A stretch of DNA of 64,000 nucleotides, from positions 352,001-416,000 of the forward strand of contig CAVQFQ010000004.1 in assembly GCA_963711835.1 (NCBI GenBank), given 5' to 3'. Every line of letters begins with the position of its first letter. The first letter of the stretch is position 1. A program made the position numbers and the translations under genes. This document shows positions 20,621 through 30,664 of the stretch, piece after piece. This DNA comes from an uncultured delta proteobacterium. GTDB lineage: Bacteria > Desulfobacterota > RBG-13-43-22. The notes beneath the pieces were generated by a model. It was not told the DNA's origin and did no database searches. It saw only the letters and a list, made by a program, of their open reading frames with translations.

Positions 20621-20710
20621 GAGACCGCCATGATGGGAGCCGGTTGAAGTTAACCGTCCCTTGGTCATCCCCCAGTCAAATCCCTTCCCTCACCCTTTCT
20701 CCGGAATTGG

Positions 20711-21469
20711 TTATCCGTAGCGGCCGGTGATGTAGTCGTTGGTGCGGTCGTCCTTGGGCTTGGTGAAGATCTGGCCGGTAGGACCGAATTCGAGCAGTTC
20801 TCCCAGGAGCATGAAGCCGGTCTCGTCCGAGATGCGGGCCGCCTGCTGCATGTTATGGGTGACAATGACGATGGTGTAATCCTTCTTCAGGGTCAGCATC
20901 AGACTTTCAATTTTTTCCGTGGCCATGGGATCCAGGGCCGAGCAGGGTTCGTCCATCAGAACGATCCGGGACTGAAGGGCCACAATCCGGGCAATACACA
21001 GACGCTGCTGCTGTTCCAGGGTAATGGACAAGGCCGACTGGTTCAGCTTGTCTTTCAGGGTCTCCCACAGCCCGACCGCCGAGAAGGCCTTCTCGGCGAT
21101 CGCCACCTGCTTGTTCCTTTTTGACGGCAACTGGCCGTGGACCTTCAGGCCGAAGGTGACATTTTCCAGAATCGACAGAGGAAAAGGGTTGGGCCGCTGA
21201 AAGACCATACCGGCTTCTTTGCGCAGTTCGATTAAATTGGTGCCGGGGGCATAGATATTTTTTTCCCCGATAATCACCTCGCCTTCGATCCGGACCCCGT
21301 CAATCAAGTCATTCATCCGGTTGAGGCAGCGCAGCAGGGTGGACTTGCCGCATCCCGATGGCCCGATCAGGGCCGTGATGGTCTTTTCCTTAAAGTAAGA
21401 GTTAACCCCTTTCAGGGCATGAAAAGACCCGTAATACAAATTGAGATTTTTAACGGTAATGGCAGGCAA
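20711..21469 (-). CDS. pstB: Phosphate ABC transporter ATP-binding protein (degenerate signature motif)
   Basis: GPSGCGKST, MVFQRPNPF, LMDEPCSALDP, YITGRYG; signature reads SITLEQQQRL. Confidence 0.9.
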   Translation of the reverse strand: MPAITVKNLNLYYGSFHALKGVNSYFKEKTITALIGPSGCGKSTLLRCLNRMNDLIDGVRIEGEVIIGEKNIYAPGTNLIELRKEAGMVFQRPNPFPLSILENVTFGLKVHGQLPSKRNKQVAIAEKAFSAVGLWETLKDKLNQSALSITLEQQQRLCIARIVALQSRIVLMDEPCSALDPMATEKIESLMLTLKKDYTIVIVTHNMQQAARISDETGFMLLGELLEFGPTGQIFTKPKDDRTNDYITGRYG

Positions 21470-21480
21470 GCCGGCCCCTC

Positions 21481-22233
21481 TTACCCGAATCTTCCGGAGA
21501 CATAATCTTCAGTCCGCTTTTCCTGAGGATTGGTAAATAGCTGTTCCGGTGGTCCGACTTCAATCAGTTCACCCAGGAGAAAAAAAGCCACCTTGTCCGA
21601 GATGCGGGCAATCTGTTTGGTGTTATTGCTGACTAGGATGATGGTATAGTCCTTTTTTAAATTCCGCAAAGCCTCTTCTACCTTGGCGGTTGATATCGGA
21701 TCCAGCCCGGAGGTCGGTTCATCCAGCAGGATGACCTCGGACTGCATGGCCAGGGTCCGGGCGATGCACAATCGTTGCTGCTGCCCTCCGGACAATTTCA
21801 AAGCCGATTCGAAAAGACGATCCTTCACCTCATCCCAAAGAATGGCGGCCCGTAAACTTTCCTCCACCCGCTGGTCCAACAGGTATTTATCCTTGACCCC
21901 GTGGATGCGAGGGCCGAAGGTCAGGTTTTCATAAATCGTCCGCGGCAATGGGATCGGCTTGGCAAAGACCATCCCCACCCGGGCCCTCAGGCTGTTGACG
22001 TCACATTTAGGTAAAAGGATATCTTCCTCGTCTAAGAGTACCCGCCCCCGGATCAAAATAGTCGGGATAAGATCTGTCAGCCGGTTCAAGATGCGCAACA
22101 GGGTGCTCTTGCCGCTGTTGGAGGGTCCCATGATGCCGGTAATCCGTTTTTCCGGGATAGACAGGTTGATGGATTGCAGGCTCGGTTGTTCCCCGTAAAG
22201 GACCGTTAAGTTGATAATCCGGATCTTGTCCAT
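21481..22233 (-). CDS. pstB: Phosphate ABC transporter ATP-binding protein
   Basis: GPSNSGKST, LSGGQQQRL, LLDEPTSGLDP. Confidence 0.9.
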   Translation of the reverse strand: MDKIRIINLTVLYGEQPSLQSINLSIPEKRITGIMGPSNSGKSTLLRILNRLTDLIPTILIRGRVLLDEEDILLPKCDVNSLRARVGMVFAKPIPLPRTIYENLTFGPRIHGVKDKYLLDQRVEESLRAAILWDEVKDRLFESALKLSGGQQQRLCIARTLAMQSEVILLDEPTSGLDPISTAKVEEALRNLKKDYTIILVSNNTKQIARISDKVAFFLLGELIEVGPPEQLFTNPQEKRTEDYVSGRFG

Positions 22234-22239
22234 GGTGGG

Positions 22240-23079
22240 TTAGGTATATTTTTTGATAAAGCGCCTCATGATCAGGTAGGCGCTCATATTAATCACCAGA
22301 ATCAGAAGCACCAGGATGGCCGCCGTCCCATAGGCCATGGGCATGGAGATCCCTTCCCGGGCCAGGATGTAAAAATGCACGGCCATGGTTCGGCCGGATT
22401 CGAAGATGGAATTGGGGAAGCGCAGGGATGACCCGGCGGTGAAGATGATAACCGCCGTCTCCCCGATGGAACGGGCGATGCTCAAGACCAGGCCGGTGGC
22501 AATCCCCGGCAGGGCGCTGGGCAGAACCACCAGGGTGATGGTCCTCCATTTCCCGACCCCCAGCGAATAAGCCACCTCCCGGTATTCCTGGGGTACCGCC
22601 AGGATGGACTCTTCCGAGGTCCGGATGATGGTCGGCAGCAGCATGACCGAGAGGGTTAAGCCCCCGGAAAGCAGACTCCAGCCCCAGCCGAAGGCCATGA
22701 CAAAGATGGCAAAACCGAACAGACCCAGAATAATGGAAGGAATGCCGGCCAGGCACTCGGTCCCGAAGCGGATGAGGCGGGTCATCAGACCTTCATGGGT
22801 ATATTCGGTCAGATAAATGGCGGTCCCCAGGCCCAGCGGGGTAGCAAAGGCCAGGGCGATGACGATCAGATAAAGGGTACTGACAATGGTGGCGAAGATA
22901 CCGCCGGAACGGCCCATATCCGCCGGGTTGGTGGAAAGAAAGGTCCAGGTCAGTTGGGGAAGACCATGGAAAAAGATAAAAACGATAATGAAGATCAGGA
23001 CGCCGATCGTCAACCCGGTTAATATCCAAAGCAGGATCTTCATCAAGGTCTGTCGCCCGGGGGCGTTTAGAAGGATCAT
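22240..23079 (-). CDS. pstA: Phosphate ABC transporter permease PstA
   Basis: AIYLTEY, LAGIPSIILGLFG, ARSIGETA. Confidence 0.93.
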   Translation of the reverse strand: MILLNAPGRQTLMKILLWILTGLTIGVLIFIIVFIFFHGLPQLTWTFLSTNPADMGRSGGIFATIVSTLYLIVIALAFATPLGLGTAIYLTEYTHEGLMTRLIRFGTECLAGIPSIILGLFGFAIFVMAFGWGWSLLSGGLTLSVMLLPTIIRTSEESILAVPQEYREVAYSLGVGKWRTITLVVLPSALPGIATGLVLSIARSIGETAVIIFTAGSSLRFPNSIFESGRTMAVHFYILAREGISMPMAYGTAAILVLLILVINMSAYLIMRRFIKKYT

Positions 23080-23912
23080 TTCTTTCGCATCAGGGTACTG
23101 GCCAGGATATTAAGGCCCATAATAAAAATGAACAATACAATACCGGCGGCGAACAGGGCCGTCCGGTGATCTCCCGAGGCGTAGCCCATCTCCAGGGCAA
23201 TGGTGCTGGTCAGGGTCCTGACCGGGTCGAGCGGGGAGGTCGGTATTTTGAGGGCGTTTCCGGCTACCATAATCACGGCCATGGTTTCTCCAATGGCCCG
23301 GGCCATACCCAGGATGATGGCGGTCACCACCCCGGATCGGGCCGCCGGCAGCAGGACATACCACAGGGCTTGCCAGTGCGTGGCCCCCATGGCCAGCGCC
23401 CCTTCCTTGTACAGGAGCGGCACGGCCTGCAGGGCATCAATGGAAATGCTGGTGATCGTCGGCAGAATCATAATGGCCAGGATAATAGAGGAAGCCAGCA
23501 GGGAGAGCCCGGGGCCGCCCAGATAATCGCGGATAATCGGCACCAGCAGGATCACACCCAGGAAACCGAAAACCACCGAGGGTATGCCGGCCAGCAGTTC
23601 GATGGTCGGTTTCAGGATCAACAGCCAGCGGCGGGGACAGAACTCGGCCAGGGTGATGGCGCAGGCCAGGGCCAGGGGCACCCCCAGGATGATGGCCATA
23701 ACCGTTACGGCCAGGGACGAAATGATCATCGAGAGGATGCCGAAATGGCCTTTGGTGGGGGCCCATTGGTCGCTGAAAAGAAAATTTGACAGGCCGACCT
23801 TTAGAATTACGGGCAGACCCTCCCTGAAGATAAAAATGGTGATCAGCAAGAGAAGACCGATGGCCGAAAAGGCCAGGATCATCAGGATCTTTTCAATGAT
23901 CTTTTCCCGCAT
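23076..23912 (-). CDS. pstC: Phosphate ABC transporter permease PstC
   Basis: ELLAGIPSVVFG, RAIGETMAVIMVAGN. Confidence 0.94.
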   Translation of the reverse strand: MREKIIEKILMILAFSAIGLLLLITIFIFREGLPVILKVGLSNFLFSDQWAPTKGHFGILSMIISSLAVTVMAIILGVPLALACAITLAEFCPRRWLLILKPTIELLAGIPSVVFGFLGVILLVPIIRDYLGGPGLSLLASSIILAIMILPTITSISIDALQAVPLLYKEGALAMGATHWQALWYVLLPAARSGVVTAIILGMARAIGETMAVIMVAGNALKIPTSPLDPVRTLTSTIALEMGYASGDHRTALFAAGIVLFIFIMGLNILASTLMRKK

Positions 23913-23913
23913 C

Positions 23914-24756
23914 TTAATGAACCCCTACCAGTCCCTCCTGTTCCAGGATCCCCTGCCCTTCCTTGCTCAGGACAAAATCAATAAATTTTTGGATGGGTAG
24001 GGAGGGCTGATCGAGGGTAACGAACAGAAAGGGCCGGGTCAAGGTATAGGTGTTGTTCTTAATGGTCTCCAGGTTGGGCTGGACTGAATTCACGGCCGCG
24101 GCCTTTACCTGCCGGTTAACTACGCCATAGGAAATATAGCCGATGGCTTGCGGGTTGCTGGCCACGATTTCCCGGACCGCTCCGTTCGAATCCTGCACCA
24201 GGGCCTCATCGGATATGGGGGTTTTTTTCATGACCAGATGCTCGAAGGCGTCCCGGGTGCCGGATCCTTCCTCCCGGGTAACAAAGTAAATCGGCTTGGG
24301 CAGCCACCCCAGGCCATCCCAGGTCGCGATCTTTCCGGAAAAGATATCCCGCAACTGCTCCGTCGTCATATTCCGGACCGGATTGGCGGGATGGACGATG
24401 ATGGCAATTCCGTCCCAGGCAATAATGATCCTTTTCAGGTTCCTTTCGTCCGACCTCAGTTCCCGGGAACAGGTTCCGATTTGGGCCGCCTTTTCCTGGC
24501 AGGCCTTAATGCCCGCGGTTGATCCACCGCCCTGAACATTGATAATCACCTTATTGGAGTTGATTTCCATGTAGATTTCCGCCAATTTCTCGGCAAAGGG
24601 CTGGACCGAGGTCGATCCGGCAAGGGTCAGGGATTCGACCTGGGAGGAACTTTGAGGGAAACAGCCCGGGAGAAAAAGGCCGAAGATAAACCAAAAAATT
24701 CCCCAGAAGGCTGTTTTCTTTTTCAGAAATGGTCTCACTTCACTGGGATCCATCAA
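23914..24756 (-). CDS. pstS: Phosphate ABC transporter substrate-binding lipoprotein
   Basis: AGSTSVQP, QGGGSTAG, REEGSGTRDAF; lipobox LPGC. Confidence 0.92.
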   Translation of the reverse strand: MMDPSEVRPFLKKKTAFWGIFWFIFGLFLPGCFPQSSSQVESLTLAGSTSVQPFAEKLAEIYMEINSNKVIINVQGGGSTAGIKACQEKAAQIGTCSRELRSDERNLKRIIIAWDGIAIIVHPANPVRNMTTEQLRDIFSGKIATWDGLGWLPKPIYFVTREEGSGTRDAFEHLVMKKTPISDEALVQDSNGAVREIVASNPQAIGYISYGVVNRQVKAAAVNSVQPNLETIKNNTYTLTRPFLFVTLDQPSLPIQKFIDFVLSKEGQGILEQEGLVGVH

Positions 24757-24868
24757 TTCGTATCAGGCGGCAATGATGAAACCTTTCACAAACACCCCCG
24801 AACCTGAACGGCTTCATTCAGCAGGGAATTTACATTTCAGGTGATACACCTTAAGAAGGGATGCCGAC

Positions 24869-24945
24869 TGGTGCGCCCGGCCCGACTCGAACGGGCGGCC
24901 TGCGGATTCGAAGTCCGACGCTCTATCCAACTGAGCTACGGGCGC
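24869..24945 (-). tRNA. tRNA-Arg (anticodon TCG)
   Basis: GCGCCCGTAGCTCAGTTGGATAGAGCGTCGGACTTCGAATCCGCAGGCCGCCCGTTCGAGTCGGGCCGGGCGCACCA folds as a cloverleaf with encoded CCA. Confidence 0.95.
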
Positions 24946-25234
24946 CTTCGCCGTAAAGTAATAGCAAAAATTTTTCTTAAATTCAAGTAAACCTCGGACT
25001 GGCCTGAAAATCGGAGGCTAAAGGTTTTTTGCTGAATACAGGTTGATCTTAACAGCCAAGGCTTTAACTCTTTTTAGTTTTTATGCCTTCCCCTCGAATC
25101 CTTGACTCCTTGACTCCCTGAACCCTGGATCATCGCCAACTTTTTTGGAGATGATCTTTTTTTATTCTTCCCCTTGAATCCCCCGCTGGTCTGTGTTAAG
25201 GAATACTATCTTATTTTCCTGAAAGGGTGCCCGG

Positions 25235-25531
25235 ATGTTTGTGTTCGGAAATTTGTTAATAGCCCTGGCCAAGATTCTGGATATCCTCCTCACGGCCTAT
25301 ACCTGGATCATCATAGCCCAGGCCGTCATCTCCTGGGTCAAACCCGACCCCTATAACCCTATCGTCCGTTTTCTTTACTCCGTCACCGAACCCGTTTTGA
25401 GGCCCATCCGGCAGCGCCTGCCGGTGATCTGGGGCGGCTTCGACTTTTCCCCCTTGATCCTTTTGCTGGCGATTGTCTTTTTGCAGGAGTTTTTAATCCG
25501 GAGCCTGATGCAATTAGGTTTTCGAATGTGA
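25235..25531 (+). CDS. yggT: YggT family membrane protein
   Basis: SWVKPDPYNPIVRFLYSVTEPVLRPIR...DFSP. Confidence 0.92.
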   Translation: MFVFGNLLIALAKILDILLTAYTWIIIAQAVISWVKPDPYNPIVRFLYSVTEPVLRPIRQRLPVIWGGFDFSPLILLLAIVFLQEFLIRSLMQLGFRM

Positions 25532-25884
25532 CCAAAGCCCGCCCCCTGACGACCTCACCACCCGGTTCGGATACCCCCCTCCCCTCCACCCTTAAAGAAA
25601 CCCCTCAAGGAATCTCTCTGACTATTTTGGTTCTGCCCAAATCCAGGAAAACAGGCTGGGAGGAACCCAAGGAGGCTGTCCTGCGGCTCAAGGTCCAGGC
25701 TCCCCCGGTCCATGGGGCTGCCAATCAGGCCTGCCTGGCCTTTTTGGCCGGATGGTTTGGGTTAAAAAAGTCCGCTGTGGTCCTGCTCAAGGGAGAGCGA
25801 TCCCGCCAAAAGGTCTTTTTATTGAAGGGGCTGGATCTTAAAAAAGGGCTCACCCTTCTCCCGGACCGAAATCGGTATCAATAG
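25528..25884 (+). CDS. DUF167 (YggU) family protein
   Basis: APPVHGAAN...GERSRQK; directly follows yggT. Confidence 0.85.
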   Translation: MTKARPLTTSPPGSDTPLPSTLKETPQGISLTILVLPKSRKTGWEEPKEAVLRLKVQAPPVHGAANQACLAFLAGWFGLKKSAVVLLKGERSRQKVFLLKGLDLKKGLTLLPDRNRYQ

Positions 25885-26074
25885 GGGCAAAAGACTGGGG
25901 ATAATCTTCAAAGCCTTCCTGATCAAACCACTCTTGTTTGGCCAAGGCACATCGGATGTTTAGTCCACAATATTTTAAGCAGAGCCGGTCATGGCGATTG
26001 AATTGACTAAAACACTCAAAGCGACCCTGCAACTGATCGGCGGTAAATTGGGTGATCATAAATTCCTCCATCAT
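25850..26074 (-). CDS. Small hypothetical protein (Cys-containing)
   Basis: 74-aa ORF with C-x10-C-x2-C-x5-C. Confidence 0.5.
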   Translation of the reverse strand: MMEEFMITQFTADQLQGRFECFSQFNRHDRLCLKYCGLNIRCALAKQEWFDQEGFEDYPQSFAPIDTDFGPGEG

Positions 26075-26299
26075 TTTAATCGGTTAGTGTTTTGCGGGGA
26101 TCTTACTGCGAACTTTCCTGGGGAAAACCCTCATGAGTTAAAGGGGAATTGTAAAACGCTGTCTTAAAAACAGGGAGTGATTTAGCCGGAATCATATCTT
26201 AGACCGGCCGGATTGTCCAGACAAAAGAAGGCCCCGGTCCAAGAGAGGATCCATTAATTTTAACTTATTATTTTTATTAATAAATACGATACTTGGGGA

Positions 26300-27078
26300 T
26301 TACCGGTTCAAACGCAGGAGGTTTGTCAGGGCAGGATGGATCAGCCCATTGCTGGCCAGGATTTCTTTTTTAAAGATGTTATACGGTCCCCCCTTAAAGT
26401 CGGTCACCTTTCCGCCGGCCTCCTCCACAATAAGGACCCCGGCGGCCGTATCCCAGGGCTTAAGCTGTTCTTCCCAAAACCCATCGAATATGCCCTGGGC
26501 TACCCAACAAAGATCCAGGGCCGCGGATCCGGGGCGGCGCACACCTTGGGCCTGGGTGGTCACCTGACGAAACCGTTCCATAATCGGGCCGGAGGCTTTT
26601 CGGATGGAATAAGGAAACCCGGTTGCCAGCAGACTCCGGGAGATCTCTTTTACCGAAGAAATCCTGACCGGCTGCCCGTTGCAGTAAGCCCCCTTCCCCT
26701 TTACGGCCCAATAGGTTTTTTTTGATTCCGGGTTATGAACCATACCGAGAAGAAGGTCGTTTTCCTGTACCAGGGCCAGGGAAATGCAATAAAATGGAAA
26801 GCCGTGGACGAAGTTGGTGGTCCCATCCAGGGGATCCACTACCCAGTAGGGTCCGGAAGGTATCTCCGGGTTAGGGGTTTCTTCGGCCAGGAAGGCCCGC
26901 TTGGGAAAGCTGGACTTCAGGCGGGAAATAAGGTGTTCCTGGGACTTCAGGTCCCACTCGGTGACCAGGTCGATGGCGCCCTTTTGCTGATAGGACGGCC
27001 TGCTGCGAAAACCCTTTCTGAGAATCCGGCCCGCTTCCTGAACCGCTGCCCAGGCCGCCTCGAATGATCGGGTGCTGT

Positions 27079-27082
<4 letters not shown>
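26300..27082 (-). CDS. suhB: Inositol monophosphatase family protein
   Basis: WVVDPLDGTTNF, GSAALDL, WDTAAG. Confidence 0.92.
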
Positions 27083-28104
<1,022 letters not shown>

Positions 28105-28117
28105 GGTCTCCTCCCGG

Positions 28118-29098
28118 TCACGTGTCCATTAAGGAAAGGATGGAGGTGATGATGATCTGGCCGGCAAACAATAGGGCCCGAATCTCATCCTCCTCCCAAT
28201 GATTTTCCTGATAGCCGATTAAATTCATGACCCCGTAAACCTTCCTGAAAAAATAGAGGGGCAAGCCCATATAGGATTGAAAGTGCATACAGGGGTCCTC
28301 GGGGAAAAAGACATACGAGGTGTGCTGCCTGGGCTTCATAACCGGCCTGACCAGGGGTTTTCCCTCCCGAATCACCCAGCCCGTCAAGCCCATATCCACC
28401 CCCAGATGGGTCTTTTTCAGGGGTGCCCGAAGCTTTCCTTCGGAGGCCACTACCTTATAGCGGTCGCCTTTCTTGGGGACCAGGGCTATGAAGGCCGCAT
28501 CGGTATTGGAAAATTCCCGGCAGCGTTTAAGAACCTTCAAATAATAGTCGGGCAAGGGAGGCCCTTCCATGGAGAGGTCGTTTATGTGGTAAAGAAAATC
28601 AAGAATTCGCGTCTGGCGCTTTTCCCGTTGAGAAACGCCTTCACTCTCCAGGGCCATCAGGACGATCAAGGAAAAATCCTGAAGTATTTTCTGATGCTTC
28701 TCGGTAAAGATATAATTTCGCTTACTGTCGATACACAGGACCCCGTCCTCCCCCACGGGAACGGCCAAAAAGGCCTTGATCCCTTCGTCCCGCCGGTATA
28801 GTTTTAAGTTCCGGGTATCCCGGTCGAATTGGGCGATATTAACCGGCCGCCTGTTCTTGGCCACCCAGCCAATCAGGCTGTCTCCGACCTGCATCTCGGT
28901 ATCAGGATTTATATTCAGGCTTAAGCTGTGATAACAGGTTAAGGTAAGCCGGTCTCGGCTGGCATTATACAAAAAAAGGGCGGCTGTAAAAGCCTCGGTT
29001 ACATTGCTGATGAGCTGGATGATTTCCTGCAGCCCTTTTCGGGAGGTTCTTTCCAACCGCAGCGAAGCCGGTGAACTCAAATATGGATTAAAATCCAT
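28118..29098 (-). CDS. Tandem GAF-domain protein
   Basis: Two repeats of GxxGWV...P...lavP typical of GAF domains. Confidence 0.75.
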   Translation of the reverse strand: MDFNPYLSSPASLRLERTSRKGLQEIIQLISNVTEAFTAALFLYNASRDRLTLTCYHSLSLNINPDTEMQVGDSLIGWVAKNRRPVNIAQFDRDTRNLKLYRRDEGIKAFLAVPVGEDGVLCIDSKRNYIFTEKHQKILQDFSLIVLMALESEGVSQREKRQTRILDFLYHINDLSMEGPPLPDYYLKVLKRCREFSNTDAAFIALVPKKGDRYKVVASEGKLRAPLKKTHLGVDMGLTGWVIREGKPLVRPVMKPRQHTSYVFFPEDPCMHFQSYMGLPLYFFRKVYGVMNLIGYQENHWEEDEIRALLFAGQIIITSILSLMDT

Positions 29099-29290
29099 TG
29101 CATAATGGTCTGATAAAAACTATAGTAAATTTAGATTAGGACCCAGGGCACTGAGTTCATTTTCTACCGTAGTTGCTCTGAGTTGTCAATTTATTTCCTG
29201 TCCCGAAAGAGGAACAATCCTGGTTTCAACCAATCGGCATGGTTCAAAAGTTTGGGCATACTATTTCTGATTCCCGTTGGAAGAGGACCG

Positions 29291-29490
29291 GGGGTCTTGA
29301 TTTCAAGGATTGTCCGCCAAAACGTCGGCAGCCTGACCCCGGGCAGGAAGTTCATAATGGGGTTAAGAAACAGGCCAACACAAAAGCTATTTATCATCGT
29401 GGGTGAATGCCCGGCTCCCAACCAACTTAGGAATTCAGGCCGGGTTGGGGCTATGGATTACCCTTCGGACAACCTTGAAATCAAGACCCC
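29291..29490. mobile_element. MITE-like element, copy 2
   Basis: Same terminal inverted repeats and internal sequence as 19200-19398. Confidence 0.8.
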
Positions 29491-29561
29491 CGGTCCTCCA
29501 GTCAGGCCATAATGCGCCCGTGCCGAAACTTTTGCAACATCGAGGCAACCAATCCGGATCC

Positions 29562-30662
29562 ATGAAAAAAGATAACCCAAAAAAATTGGATTTAATCGCT
29601 CCCCGGAGAAAAACCCGGCCCATTTCGGTCGGGGGAGTTCTCATTGGAGGAACGCATCCGGTGGTCGTCCAATCCATGACCAGCACCGATACCCGAAATG
29701 TCCCGGCTACCTTGAGACAAATCAGAGGGCTTAAGAAGGCCGGTTGCGAGTTGGTCCGGGTAGCCGTCCCTGATCAGGGGGCACTGGAAGGGCTGGCGGA
29801 AATCGTCTCCAAGTCCCCGTTGCCGGTCATAGGGGATATTCATTTCGATTATCGCCTGGCCCTGGAAGCCGTGAAAGCCGGGGTGGCCGGGATCCGGATC
29901 AACCCGGGCAACATCGGCGGGACCCGAAAGATTCGCCAGGTTATTGCCGCGGCCCGGGACCAGGGGGTCTGCATCCGGATCGGGGTAAATGCCGGGTCCC
30001 TGGAAAAGGATCTGCTCCCTTTTCCGCCCCAGCGCCAGGCCGAGGCCATGGTGACCTCCGCCTTAAGGCATATCGCCGTATTCGAGCAATCCAATTTTAA
30101 AAACCTGAAAATCTCCCTGAAATCCTCCGATGTCCTGCAGACCGTCCGGGCCTACCGTCTGCTGGCCGGCCAGGTTCCTTATCCCTTTCACCTGGGTATT
30201 ACCGAAGCCGGCAGCCTGATTTCGGGAACAGTCAAATCGGCCCTGGGCTTGGGGCTTTTGCTGGTTCAGGGCCTTGGGGATACCCTGAGGGTCTCTTTAA
30301 CGGCCGCGCCGCGAGAGGAAGTCCGGGTAGCCTACCAGATCCTGCGGGCCTTGGGTTTGCGGAAAAGGGGTATTGAGATCATTTCCTGCCCCACCTGCGG
30401 CCGCTGCCAAATCAACCTCATGGCCCTGGTGAAAAAAGTCGAACGGGCCGTCCGGGAGGTGGCCGCCCCCCTGAAAGTGGCTATCATGGGCTGCATCGTC
30501 AACGGCCCGGGGGAGGCCAGGGAAGCCGATATCGGAATCGCCGGCGGCAAAGGCTACGGTCTCCTCTTCGCCGGAGGCCGCCGCCTTAAAAAAATACCGG
30601 AGCAGCAGTTGGTGCCGGTCTTGCTCGAGGAAATCGAAAACCTGGTCAAGCAGAAAGGATAA
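29562..30662 (+). CDS. ispG: (E)-4-hydroxy-3-methylbut-2-enyl-diphosphate synthase
   Basis: VQSMT, DIHFDY, RINPGNIG, ISCPTCGR, MGCIVNGPGEA; the ORF-track N-terminal extension is MITE-derived. Confidence 0.95.
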   Translation: MKKDNPKKLDLIAPRRKTRPISVGGVLIGGTHPVVVQSMTSTDTRNVPATLRQIRGLKKAGCELVRVAVPDQGALEGLAEIVSKSPLPVIGDIHFDYRLALEAVKAGVAGIRINPGNIGGTRKIRQVIAAARDQGVCIRIGVNAGSLEKDLLPFPPQRQAEAMVTSALRHIAVFEQSNFKNLKISLKSSDVLQTVRAYRLLAGQVPYPFHLGITEAGSLISGTVKSALGLGLLLVQGLGDTLRVSLTAAPREEVRVAYQILRALGLRKRGIEIISCPTCGRCQINLMALVKKVERAVREVAAPLKVAIMGCIVNGPGEAREADIGIAGGKGYGLLFAGGRRLKKIPEQQLVPVLLEEIENLVKQKG

Positions 30663-30664
30663 GC

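Noticed and set aside
24760-24868. ncRNA or att site between tRNA-Arg and pstS
   Set aside because: Only a short hairpin; I found no duplicate of the tRNA 3' end in the window and no recognisable RNA family.
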